36,160 nt of DNA from Octopus bimaculoides (GCF_001194135.2 NC_068996.1:40805157-40841316); one strand, 5' to 3'. Positions 21,655 through 34,131 are shown, counted from the first letter of the stretch. Notes: generated by a model from the sequence alone, not told the origin. Numbers and translations: made by a program.

Positions 21655-21850
21655 GGGAGCAACTATCTTCGAAGACTCATATTGTCGTTCAATGCTGGAA
21701 ATGAGGAGCAGACAGCTGACAACTGATGAAGGGTCGGTCTTTGTGTTACTTGTCCTGTTTTCCATTCGTTTCTCTCGCTCTTTTCGTATTGAATTCATTT
21801 GTGTTCGCATTTCATGTGGTTTACTATTGGTGACGTCTTGTACCCATATA
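21655..21850 (+). mobile_element. Short repeat related to family H3, with permuted hammerhead-like motif; degenerate upstream copy at ~21189-21330
   Basis: TATCTTCGAA...CTGATGAAGG...ACGTCTTGTACCCATATA mirrors the minus strand of 35050-35265; aatgct.gaaatgaggag.aga repeated at 21189 and 21691. Confidence 0.55.
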
Positions 21851-21968
21851 NNNNNNNNNNNNNNNNNNNNNNNNNNNNNNNNNNNNNNNNNNNNNNNNNN
21901 NNNNNNNNNNNNNNNNNNNNNNNNNNNNNNNNNNNNNNNNNNNNNNNNNNNNNNNNNNNNNNNNNNNN

Positions 21969-22006
<38 letters not shown>

Positions 22007-22354
22007 AGTTTCCCTTATATGATGTACTCCCTTACTTCCCTCCTTTCCTCCATTTTTGACTCAGCAATTAGCTCACGCTCCCTTTATATCTGTATGTAAA
22101 CAAACGTTCTAACGGTCACTGACCATGTAACATCTCTTCTCGTAAGTTACCTCATCATTTCGTTTTTGTCTTGCTATTATATGTTTTATTATGAACCCCC
22201 TGAAGAGAAATATATGAGGAATCCCAGCAGCTCTTACTTCTTTGTGAAGGAGCTCTCATTTATTTTGAAACATGTGTAGGAATTAAAGGAACTTTTGTTT
22301 ATATGCGTTTTGCATATCTTCTCAAAATGTATCACTTTAACTTGGTATCTCTAC

Positions 22355-22449
22355 CTGTAGAACGGCTGTCATATCTTGTTTTTTTAGTGTAATTTTGCTA
22401 CCACTGGTAACTATTAACATATTTACATTATCAAAGGTTTTTTTAATAA
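22355..22449 (-). CDS. Candidate coding exon (95 bp, VIKKTFDNVNMLIVTSGSKITLKKQDMTAVLQ)
   Basis: attatctcag acceptor, CAG|GTAGAG donor, open frame; no homology recognised. Confidence 0.25.
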
Positions 22450-22796
22450 CTGAGATAATATTAATATATACATAAACTAATATATATATATATATATATA
22501 TATACATACTTCTTCTCTTCACTCCTACACACCTTCTCCCTTCCACTCTCTCCCTCGTTACCCCACCCCTACACATTCTAAAACCAACACCTACACCACC
22601 ACACTACACACCACCACACATCACAATACCACACCACGCCACATCACACCACTTCCCAGCACCCACACCAGCGCACACATGCACACGTCAATGTCACCAG
22701 CCCCAGCCCCAGCCCCCTTCCACAGGCACATACACGCTCTTACATACACATGCATGCGCACCTTCTTCTTTGCTCTCCTGTCTGACCCCTCTGTCC

Positions 22797-22992
22797 GGTA
22801 TTCGCCATGATAGATCATTAGCCCCTAAACCTTTTTGTATTTTCTCTCCTTGTTTATTTTTGTATTCCTTTCTGTTGAAGAGCGTAGGCTCGTAATGTAA
22901 AAGACTTTCGCACCTCCCAAGCATTAAACTAATACATCTGTTCGTTGTTTACACATTCGTCTTCGTTTACTGTTTTTTGTAAATTCTCACTA
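22797..22992 (+). mobile_element. Hammerhead-bearing short repeat family H1, copy 1
   Basis: Tandem with 23028-23224; hammerhead-like motif at 22868-22903; ends in (TA)n. Confidence 0.85.
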
Positions 22993-23027
22993 TATATAGA
23001 TGTGGCATTCGCCATATATATATATAT

Positions 23028-23224
23028 GGCATTCGCGATGATAGATCGCTAGCCACTAAATCTTTTTCTGTTTTTTCTCCCTGTTTATTTCTGAGTTCAT
23101 TTCTGTCGAAGAGCGTAGGCTCGAAACATAAAAGACTTCCTCAATTCCCGAACATTAAACTGATACTTCTGTTTGTTGTTTACACACCCGTCTTCGTCTT
23201 TTGCTTTTTTGTAAATTCTCACTA
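23028..23224 (+). mobile_element. Hammerhead-bearing short repeat family H1, copy 2
   Basis: Flanked by (TA)n on both sides; hammerhead-like motif at 23099-23134. Confidence 0.85.
23099..23134 (+). ncRNA. Minimal type I hammerhead-like motif (U6 variant)
   Basis: aTTT-CTGTCGA-A-GAGCgtagGCTC-GAAA-CAT-A-AAAG; homologues at 22868-22903 and 13071-13106 (minus) give consensus CTTT-CTGTNGA-A-GAGC GTAG GCTC-GAAA-CGT-W-AAAG. Confidence 0.55.
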
Positions 23225-23879
23225 TGTATATATGTATATATATATATATATATAAAATCTATATTAATATTTGATTGAACGCCACGCATCCATTTCTAAG
23301 TAAGTTTATACACACACACACACACACACACACACANNNNNNNNNNNNNNNNNNNNNNNNNNNNNNNNNNNNNNNNNNNNNNNNNNNNNNNNNNNNNNNN
23401 NNNNNNNNNNNNNNNNNNNNNNNNNNNNNNNNNNNNNNNNNNNNNNNNNNNNNNNNNNNNNNNNNNNNNNNNNNNNNNNNNNNNNNNNNNNNNNNNNNNN
23501 NNNNNNNNNNNNNNNNNNNNNNNNNNNNNNNNNNNNNNNNNNNNNNNNNNNNNNNNNNNNNNNNNNNNNNNNNNNNNNNNNNNNNNNNNNNNNNNNNNNN
23601 NNNNNNNNNNNNNNNNNNNNNNNNNNNNNNNNNNNNNNNNNNNNNNNNNNNNNNNNNNNNNNNNNNNNNNNNNNNNNNNNNNNNNNNNNNNNNNNNNNNN
23701 NNNNNNNNNNNNNNNNNNNNNNNNNNNNNNNNNNNNNNNNNNNNNNNNNNNNNNNNNNNNNNNNNNNNNNNNNNNNNNNNNNNNNNNNNNNNNNNNNNNN
23801 NNNNNNNNNNNNNNNNNNNNNNNNNNNNNNNNNNNNNNNNNNNNNNNNNNNNNNNNNNNNNNNNNNNNNATATATATAA

Positions 23880-24122
23880 TCTTTTTCTTTTACCAGTCAT
23901 TGCGACTGCAGCTATGCTGGATCGCCGCGTTGAAGGGTTTAGTCGAACAAACTGACCCCAGGACTTATTTGCTTTTAAGCCTAGTACTTATTCCATCACT
24001 CATATTTGCTGGACTGCTAAGTTACAGGGACGTAAAGACACCAACACAGATCGTCAAGAGGTGGCGGGAGACAAACACAGACACAAAGTCATCCACTCAT
24101 AAATGTACACATACACGCGTGC

Positions 24123-24203
<81 letters not shown>

Positions 24204-24345
24204 CAACAGTCTTCCTTCAGTTTCTATCTACCAAATCCACTTACAAGGTTTGGTGGATCCGAGGCCATGATAGAAGGTACTTGCCCAAGGTGCCACGCAG
24301 TGGACTGAACCCAGAATTACATGATTGGGAAGCACGTACGCAGTC
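23880..24345 (-). mobile_element. SINE family A, near full length, with internal (TACA)n/(TA)n
   Basis: Reverse of 9603-10030, including ttgcccaaggtgccacgcagtggactgaaccc. Confidence 0.88.
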
Positions 24346-24483
24346 TTATAGATGTAAATTAGTATCTGTAGAGGAGGAAACATTTGACAACGAGGTCTCA
24401 GACATAGTGACTGCATTAACATGTTTGTTAGTTTGTGTGTTTGCGCGTGTGCGTACGCGTGTTCGTATATGTGTATAACTGTA

Positions 24484-24815
24484 TGTTTTCGATTCCCAGA
24501 CCGGGCGTTGTGAGTGTTTATTGAGCGAAAACACCTAAAGCTCCACGAGGCTCCTGCAGAGGATGGTGGCGAACCCTGCTGTACTCTTTCACCACAACTT
24601 TCTCTCACTCTTACTTCCTGTTCCTGATGTACCTGTAATTCAATGGGTCAGCCTTGTCACACTGTGTCACGCTGAATATTCCCGAGAACTACGTTAAGGG
24701 TACACGTGTCTGTGGAGTGCTCAGCCACTTGCACGTTAATTTCACGGCAGGCTGTTCCGTTGATCGGATCAACTGGAACCCTCGACGTCGCAAGCGACGG
24801 AGTGCCAACAATAAC
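24484..24815 (+). mobile_element. SINE family D (5'-truncated in tRNA head)
   Basis: B-box remnant TTTTCGATTCCC, second copy at 13505-13590, tail ending gccaacaataac. Confidence 0.7.
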
Positions 24816-25445
24816 TGTATGTAAATATGTGTTTGCTTTGATTGTATGTATATGTGTGTGTGCGCGTCTGTGTGTATGTGTGTAAATATTTGCGTGCGTG
24901 AATGAGTAAATATGAACGTATTCTTTTATATTTATTCATATGCTCGTGTTTCTGTTTTTGTTTTACTTGCTGAGTTTTGGAAAAATAACACTGTCCACGA
25001 GCTTTGAAAACCTCTCGAAACCAGTGGGCTTGCTCCTGTTTTAAATTTCCGTTTAAAGTGTTTGTAGATAGAGACCTACAGTACCAGCATGAACAGGAAG
25101 AAGATTCTACAAGACAGTTCTCATTCATACATAGGAAAAAATATATAAGTTTATAAACAAAATTGCAATCCACCCCATCGTAAAATTATTCTTGCTATAC
25201 TTCACCACCTACGTCTCTATCATTCTCTCTCTCCCTCTCTCACTGTATGTCTCTGTATGGGGTAGGGGAGAATGCTTTCTTACTTATTGCCTGCCATCAA
25301 ACCTAGTATGTGTACCTATCCCCTCTCTCTCTCTTCTGCTTACGATGTAAAATGTGACTGGCGATTCACATCTATCTATATGTCTGAGTATCTGTTCGTC
25401 TATCGGCCTGTCTGTATGCATGTGTGCTGTATACATACATGCATA

Positions 25446-25511
<66 letters not shown>

Positions 25512-26834
25512 NNNNNNNNNNNNNNNNNNNNNNNNNNNNNNNNNNNNNNNNNNNNNNNNNNNNNNNNNNNNNNNNNNNNNNNNNNNNNNNNNNNNNNNNN
25601 NNNNNNNNNNNNNNNNNNNNNNNNNNNNNNNNNNNNNNNNNNNNNNNNNNNNNNNNNNNNNNNNNNNNNNNNNNNNNNNNNNNNNNNNNNNNNNNNNNNN
25701 NNNNNNNNNNNNNNNNNNNNNNNNNNNNNNNNNNNNNNNNNNNNNNNNNNNNNNNNNNNNNNNNNNNNNNNNNNNNNNNNNNNNNNNNNNNNNNNNNNNN
25801 NNNNNNNNNNNNNNNNNNNNNNNNNNNNNNNNNNNNNNNNNNNNNNNNNNNNNNNNNNNNNNNNNNNNNNNNNNNNNNNNNNNNNNNNNNNNNNNNNNNN
25901 NNNNNNNNNNNNNNNNNNNNNNNNNNNNNNNNNNNNNNNNNNNNNNNNNNNNNNNNNNNNNNNNNNNNNNNNNNNNNNNNNNNNNNNNNNNNNNNNNNNN
26001 NNNNNNNNNNNNNNNNNNNNNNNNNNNNNNNNNNNNNNNNNNNNNNNNNNNNNNNNNNNNNNNNNNNNNNNNNNNNNNNNNNNNNNNNNNNNNNNNNNNN
26101 NNNNNNNNNNNNNNNNNNNNNNNNNNNNNNNNNNNNNNNNNNNNNNNNNNNNNNNNNNNNNNNNNNNNNNNNNNNGAAATAAGACAATTTTTTACATGAA
26201 ATAAATTCGAATACAAACATATTTTTCTGTTCTATAACACAAAATAGATAAGTATACGAAGTTTGAAAGTCTTTCGGTACCAAAAACACTACGTAAAACA
26301 TTAATGAAAAATGTGGCCCCCGTTTTAAAAAAAGATCCCGGTTTTCTCCTGGCATATGTGTTTCGCATATTGATATTATACATAGATACATGCATACATA
26401 CATACATACATACATACATACATAATTCATACATACATACATACATACATACACATACACACACACACGCGCATATATATATATATATATATATAAGATA
26501 CATAAATTATAGAGTAAATTGACAATATGCTCATGAATTGAACAAAGACTCTGTAATAGTTTATTCTGTAATCGGTAAAATAATCCATGATACATTAAAA
26601 AAAGACGATAATGAAAATTGGAAAAGAAATGAGACTGTCAAGGGAAAATGTTCATGAATGTTCACTTGAGTGAATTTGAAAATAGATTCTCTGGTGGGAA
26701 TTAATGAATTACATTTACCAATACGAAGAATTGAGTTCTGCTATATTGTTGTTTCATGATATTCACTTGTAGACGTCTTAAGTGTTTCTAGTGTCTCTTT
26801 CCTCGCGATTAAAAGGAAACTTCAATACATTTCA

Positions 26835-26965
26835 AACCAGAAAAGCACTCGGAGAGCGCAGCATTCCGCCAAGCAGCTCATTTCCACCCATATACACGCA
26901 TGCTGAAAATCGCCCAATTTCCCAAACCAACGCCGGCAAAAACATAACCTCCTTGGCGAGGTTAA
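26835..26965 (+). mobile_element. Minimal (~130 bp) Helentron/HINE-like element
   Basis: 5' aaccagaaaagcactcggagagcgcagcaTTCCGCCAAG, like 15938-15975; 3' aaaacatAACCTC-cttggc-GAGGTT hairpin (26946-26963). Confidence 0.7.
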
Positions 26966-27048
26966 AAAAAAATAACACAGCCATATGGTTTAAAAAAAAA
27001 AAAGGCTTTAAAAACAGGAATCATCTGAAACAGTTATAATACATTTAT

Positions 27049-27478
27049 AACAACAGCAAGCTAGTTTCACCATACAACTAAAAAGAAACAATAATTACTT
27101 AAAACTTGAGTGATACACACACAACGCGAGTAAAATTACTAATAGAGAAACGAAAATAAACTTTTGAAACAGCAACGTTGAAACAGCATAGGTTACGTTG
27201 AAACGATGAAAGTGTTTTCAAGGGAGATAATCAAAGAACGTAACATTAATACTTCATGTAAAGTAAATATAACAAATGAAAAATCCTTCAAGAATCCATG
27301 ACGTTTCCCAGATCACTACCAAAATTTCATCATCTGTTTCTTGTGTCATTACCAACTTTTCCTGCAAGTTTCATTAAATACCGTTCATAACTTTTTGAGT
27401 TATTTTGCCCACAGACGGACAGACAGACAAACCGACACCGATGAAAACATAACCTCCTTCCTTGGCTGAGGTAATAAA
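27049..27478 (+). mobile_element. Helentron/HINE-like element
   Basis: aagtttcatt...(CAGA)n...gatgaaaacataACCTCcttccttggctGAGGTaataa 3' hairpin; body similar to 16120-16298; 5' boundary approximate. Confidence 0.68.
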
Positions 27479-27495
27479 AGAGAGTAATGAACGTC

Positions 27496-27780
27496 TCACA
27501 TCACTGCAGGAATTTTTTTGCAGACACAACTGTCAGCAAATGAACCCTTTTCAATTATCTCGGTTAATATTTTTATATTTTCTTTTCTTGACGCTCTTGA
27601 TAATGCAACATACATCTGACCATGTGCGAAGAATTATTTTGGGAGATAATATTATTGACTAAATAATTTCAATGTAATACTCCAGCATGACCGGAGCCTA
27701 ACGCAATTTGAAAACTTATTTCTATCAGAAAGGGATTACTGTTTCTCGCTGGAAGTTGTCATTTAAAAGAGAAGCGAATC
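27496..27780 (-). pseudogene. Helitron/Pif1-type helicase C-terminal remnant
   Basis: Minus frame ...VIPSD...VRL..WSIT...YLPK*FFAHGQMYVALSRASRKENIKI; FAHGQMYVALSR (27595-27630) matches the helicase motif VI consensus FSHGQLYVALSR; in-frame stops. Confidence 0.75.
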
Positions 27781-27995
27781 TTGTAATACTAAGCATTATA
27801 ATCTATGTTTAATATACAAATAAACTTTATTGATTAATTTTTTTTAATAGTCATTTATAATTTCTTCAAAGTAATATGACTTTTTTAATAACGTGTGGTG
27901 GGGTGGGAACTAGACACAGCCCCCCCCCCACACGTATATATTCAAAAGTATATTTAATGAAAGCTTATATCGTGTTTTATCCACTTGTCACTTAC

Positions 27996-28298
27996 TCTAT
28001 ATCCCATTCTGAAATAACAAACTCTCTGCTGAAATATCTCCACACTCCCTCTGGTAGGGAGTCCTCCTCACTTTTAGAATCACTAGCTTCGTACGTAGTA
28101 AAAAAATGTCTTGGCATACTCATTCCTGGTTTCTGTACTCCGAATTCAAATCTCATAGAGATCAACTTAGCCTGTGTCCATATCAGGGAGGATAAATTAA
28201 ATACCATTGTAGTACCGGGTTCAGTTACTTCTCCCTTCTCTTTCTCACCTTCTCTCTTTATCATAAGTTTTCCATTTGGCTTATACTTCACACTGATT
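27996..28298 (-). CDS. Candidate symmetric (phase 2-2) coding exon, 303 bp
   Basis: cag acceptor at 28301-28299, GA|GTAAGT donor at 27995, 100 open codons (ISVKYKPNGKLMIKREG...PEGVWRYFSREFVISEWDI); homology not recognised. Confidence 0.4.
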
Positions 28299-30567
28299 CT
28301 GCTTTACAATTAATGTAAAGGATATACATTTAGGTGTATTATACTCATATGTTAATTTCACGAGTATGGATTCAAGAATTCGAACAACCGGACACTCATC
28401 GTCGACATCAACGCGAAGTCCACCATTATTTATCCCTGAATAGTTAGCCCAGCGATTGCAATGCAACCTTGTCTGTGTGAATAATTTATAACCGCCATGA
28501 AGAGTTACCGGAGAACGTACAATATGTTCATATATTTATAAGAAACCTGAGTTTTACATATAAATTTGTTTAATGAGTTGTGAAGTTCATTGAAATTCTG
28601 TTTTATGACAAGTGTGAATCATATCTTCGTGTATGCTTTAACGTGATACCAACCAGTTGATGACTTAATTTTAGCGACTATTTCAACGTTCAGGAATCAA
28701 ACAGGCAATATGCATTGAATATCCGCAATGTGTTGATTGCTTGTAACACCAGCAACGTTCAACGTAAAATGATATTCATCACGTGGGGAAAAGACATCGC
28801 ATTAAATATAATTACACAGGTGTCTACTGCCAAACACCTATCGTAGAACTGATCGATATATCACAAGTGTGTATCTTCAAATGAACTGCAATTTGTACTC
28901 GCTTCTTAGATTGTAGAGATTAATATGAAACAAGTTACACCAAACTCTGGTATTTTTGTCAATCAATTTTCTCATCTAAGAACAATAGTGGCTACGTATA
29001 GTCTCTTTGGGATTTGGTATATGATGGAAATATGGCTTTTGACCAAAGAGCATATGTAAGTGACAACACGTCCTACTGCACATAAATACTCACATACATA
29101 TGCACGCGCTCGTACACATGTGCACACACACACTTAAATACTCCCCCCACACACACACACGTCCAGCCAACCGACCAGCCAACCAACCCACACCCACAAA
29201 CACACTCACATCTAGACACATATGTGTCTAAGAACCAACACTTTTTACTTCAGTGATAATAATGTAAAGAGACTTAATTATCATTTGTTCATTAGTGTAT
29301 TCAAAATTCAACACTGCGAAAACAAATATATCTTGAAATGTTATTTTAACTTTTGAAACTCAGTAGCTGTCTAAATAATCCCAGAAGACTACTTTTAAGA
29401 CGTAAAGCGGAAAATATCTATTTGAATTGATTTACTATCCGCCTGGAGATAAATTAGTTAAAGACGTTTCCAGCATATTTTCTCACCTAGAAACTTACTA
29501 TTAGCAACTTTGATGTTGGAACGCCTCAAAATTAATTCTGTGTAAGACTGCATATAGTTTGTCGGATAGTACGGAATATATATTTAACTTTACGATCTGC
29601 AATACAATTTTACTGTGCTTTTGAAAAGTGAATAATTTTTGTAGGATTAAATACTTGCTTTGAGTGTTTATGAAACGCATTTGTCATGTAAGAGATGTTG
29701 GAATATATATATACATACATACATAAATACATACATAAATACATACATACACACATACATACATACATACATATATATATNNNNNNNNNNNNNNNNNNNN
29801 NNNNNNNNNNNNNNNNNNNNNNNNNNNNNNNNNNNNNNNNNNNNNNNNNNNNNNNNNNNNNNNNNNNNNNNNNNNNNNNNNNNNNNNNNNNNNNNNNNNN
29901 NNNNNNNNNNNNNNNNNNNNNNNNNNNNNNNNNNNNNNNNNNNNNNNNNNNNNNNNNNNNNNNNNNNNNNNNNNNNNNNNNNNNNNNNNNNNNNNNNNNN
30001 NNNNNNNNNNNNNNNNNNNNNNNNNNNNNNNNNNNNNNNNNNNNNNNNNNNNNNNNNNNNNNNNNNNNNNNNNNNNNNNNNNNNNNNNNNNNNNNNNNNN
30101 NNNNNNNNNNNNNNNNNNNNNNNNNNNNNNNNNNNNNNNNNNNNNNNNNNNNNNNNNNNNNNNNNNNNNNNNNNNNNNNNNNNNNNNNNNNNNNNNNNNN
30201 NNNNNNNNNNNNNNNNNNNNNNNNNNNNNNNNNNNNNNNNNNNNNNNNNNNNNNNNNNNNNNNNNNNNNNNNNNNNNNNNNNNNNNNNNNNNNNNNNNNN
30301 NNNNNNNNNNNNNNNNNNNNNNNNNNNNNNNNNNNNNNNNNNNNNNNNNNNNNNNNNNNNNNNNNNNNNNNNNNNNNNNNNNNNNNNNNNNNNNNNNNNN
30401 NNNNNNNNNNNNNNNNNNNNNNNNNNNNNNNNNNNNNNNNNNNNNNNNNNNNNNNNNNNNNNNNNNNNNNNNNNNNNNNNNNNNNNNNNNNNNNNNNNNN
30501 NNNNNNNNNNNNNNNNNNNNNNNNNNNNNNNNNNNNNNNNNNNNNNNNNTATATATATATATATATA

Positions 30568-31048
30568 TATGAGATCTGATCAATAAATATCAGGACTGGT
30601 GCCATAGTAACGAAGCTAAAATAGTCAGAGTGAAGCCGCTTGGCACAGATTGACCACGAACGCTGTTGTGCATGCGCACTAAGTTTTAACTTTCTGACTC
30701 ACTTTCGCTATTTACAGCCGTCCTTGGAAGGAATATGTGAAGCGTATGATAATTGCATTGACCATGACAGAGAACGTTATCATGGTGATACCTGCTCAGA
30801 GCCTACGCAGAGTTGCAGAAAGTGTATGGAGAAGGGTGTGTGAGCTGCACACAAGTGTACAAGTGATTCAGATGTTTCTAAGATGGCCGAAAAAATGTCG
30901 ATAGTGACGAACGTTCTGGGAGACTCACAACCAGTAGAACTGAAAAAACATTGCAGATGTGCGTGCAGCTGTGAGGGGAAATCGTTGAATAACCATCGGT
31001 AAGTTATCAGAGGATGTGGAGATTAGTTGCAGTTCATTTCAGTTCATT
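30568..31048 (+). mobile_element. Mariner 5' fragment (TIR plus transposase N-terminus), runs into gap
   Basis: TATGAGATCTGATCAATAAATATCAGGACTGG TIR-like start; AELQKVYGEGCVSCTQVYK*F..F*DGRKNVDSDERSGR, then IADVRAAVRGNR*ITIGKLSEDVEIS. Confidence 0.85.
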
Positions 31049-31249
31049 NNNNNNNNNNNNNNNNNNNNNNNNNNNNNNNNNNNNNNNNNNNNNNNNNNNN
31101 NNNNNNNNNNNNNNNNNNNNNNNNNNNNNNNNNNNNNNNNNNNNNNNNATATATGTACATATCTAATATTGTATGTATTTATTTTATTCATTTCTCTGTA
31201 CGGCTGATAATTCGCTAACCACTCGTGATGGTATTTTAATAACATTATC

Positions 31250-31812
31250 ACTGAATTTATTTATATATATATTCATATATATATAAATACTTATATATTC
31301 CGAGCAGAGCAATGTTCAATACATGCGTATATGTACTCTGCATGCATTCACACACACAAGCACACACACACACACACGCACACACTTGCGCGCGCGCACA
31401 CACACAGACTCACACACGTATTGTTTCGACTATACGGACAAAGTCAGAAATAGGGGATGTGGCTACCCTTATTACATCGACGAGTATGCTTGACTGGTAC
31501 TAATTTCATCAACCGCATAAAGAAAAAAAAGGTGAAGACGACCAAGGCAGGATTTGAAATTAGGACGCAAGAACGGAGAAAACGTTGCTAAACTTTATAA
31601 CTACTGTGCCAACGACTCTACAGGATAACCTAGTGACTACATGCACGAACACACTCACACACACATAAATGCATGTGTGTATATAATATACACACATATA
31701 TACATATACATATATATAAGTATGTATATGTGTTTATATGTTTATATATGTTTATATATGTTTATATGCATATACATTTATACACACACACAAACACACA
31801 CACACATACACA

Positions 31813-31884
<72 letters not shown>

Positions 31885-31982
31885 TACATATGCATAGGTG
31901 TATATATATTAAAATATATGTACATACATATAAGTATGTATGAAATATTACTCTGCTCTTGGTGCGAACACCAAGAGCAGAG

Positions 31983-32013
<31 letters not shown>

Positions 32014-32276
32014 GTAGATAGGGATAGATAGATAGATATGTGTGTGTGTGTGTGTGTGTGGTGTGTGTATAACTGCAAATATACATACATATCTAAAATA
32101 TATGCATATATATATTGTATATGGACATAAATACAGATATGCATGCTTGCATACATGTATAATACATAAATATATGCATACATATATACATACATGTATG
32201 CTTACTTAGATGTATATATGCATGTATACAACGTTACATAGAATTTGGAATTCAAATACCATTTTCCCACCTGATT

Positions 32277-32323
<47 letters not shown>

Positions 32324-32467
32324 GTGGGTAAACGTATATATATGCATATATACATATATGCATACACGCAAAAACACGCATATATACATATCTTACAATC
32401 ATGCATATGTATGTTTCCATGTATGCATAAGGATGTATAGGTATACATGTATGTGCGTCTATGCGTA

Positions 32468-32527
<60 letters not shown>

Positions 32528-32665
32528 CATCCGTCTATCTATCTATCAATCTATCTATCAATCTATCTCCCTCACTCTCTCTCTTTATCATATCTATTTA
32601 TCTGTCTGTCGGACTGTGTATGTATGTATGTATGTTTGCATTATATGTGTTATGTATGTATTATG

Positions 32666-32705
<40 letters not shown>

Positions 32706-33213
32706 TCTCAATCAATCTATCTATCTGTCTGTCTGCTTGTCTTTCTGTCTGTCTGTTCGTCTATCTGTCTATATGTGTATCTGTCTATTTATCTATCTGT
32801 CTATCTATCTAATACCACATACACATTTATGAACATATATAAATATGTACATACACACCCACATATGGAAACACTACATGTACGCACACGGAAACCTAGT
32901 CGCACAGAAATTTCCAAATAAATACGATTATATGTGTGTGTAAATAAATATTCGCCTGCGTCGATGCAAGTGTGCATATAAAACACTGAATTTATACATA
33001 TATACATACATACATACATGCACACATACATACACACACGTACATACATACATATATGCATATAAATATATGCATATAAATATATGCATGTATACACGTA
33101 TGCACGCATACAAATATACATATATAGATACACGTATGCATATATATAATACTGCACACTTCGGAAAATATGTATATATAAATATATATAAATATAGATA
33201 TATACATAATATA

Positions 33214-33260
<47 letters not shown>

Positions 33261-33660
33261 NNNNNNNNNNNNNNNNNNNNNNNNNNNNNNNNNNNNNNNN
33301 NNNNNNNNNNNNNNNNNNNNNNNNNNNNNNNNNNNNNNNNNNNNNNNNNNNNNNNNNNNNNNNNNNNNNNNNNNNNNNNNNNNNNNNNNNNNNNNNNNNN
33401 NNNNNNNNNNNNNNNNNNNNNNNNNNNNNNNNNNNNNNNNNNNNNNNNNNNNNNNNNNNNNNNNNNNNNNNNNNNNNNNNNNNNNNNNNNNNNNNNNNNN
33501 NNNNNNNNNNNNNNNNNNNNNNNNNNNNNNNNNNNNNNNNTATATATGTATATATATATATATATGTATGTATGTATATATATGTATGTATGCATATGCA
33601 TCTAAGCATCTATATATCTATACATATGTGTATATACGCTTTACATAGTTGATGTGGGTA
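31250..33660. repeat. Large compound microsatellite field (CA, TA, TATG, CTAT, CT) with gap 33261-33540
   Basis: Direct inspection. Confidence 0.85.
31430..31620 (-). mobile_element. SINE family C, diverged
   Basis: ttacatcgac...gcttgactggtactaatttcatc...aaggcaggatttgaaat; reverse of 7855-8035. Confidence 0.65.
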
Positions 33661-33949
33661 ACCTATAGCGGATTCCTGTTTTTTTTTTAATGTATACACC
33701 ATGAGACGTTAGATAATTTCCGAAGGCGCCACATTCAGCTATAAATTTGCTTAATATTCTTCTTTTGTTTTAGTAATATAAAATTTTTGAAGTTGTACCG
33801 CTCTGTCTGCAAGTTAGAAGAGGTAATGAATCAGTGAAGTCTTGTCTGTAGTCTAATATATCGTAGGGAAATCGCTTCATTCTAAATTGGTTTGGCAGAA
33901 AAAAGGGTGAGAGACAAATACATTTAGATTATGTATACCCTTGGCATAT

Positions 33950-34036
33950 AGACTTATACATACATACATACATACATACATATCCCGACATATATAAGTA
34001 TTCATACAGAAATTCATACAAATGCAGATACACATT

Positions 34037-34131
<95 letters not shown>

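Noticed and set aside
24769-25173. 134-aa minus ORF or exon
   Set aside because: Runs into a SINE and (CA)n, has no recognisable motif, and no consistent splice-site and frame combination was found
23259-26595. Long ORFs of 200-400 aa
   Set aside because: Mostly X from assembly gaps plus (CA)n/(TA)n translation
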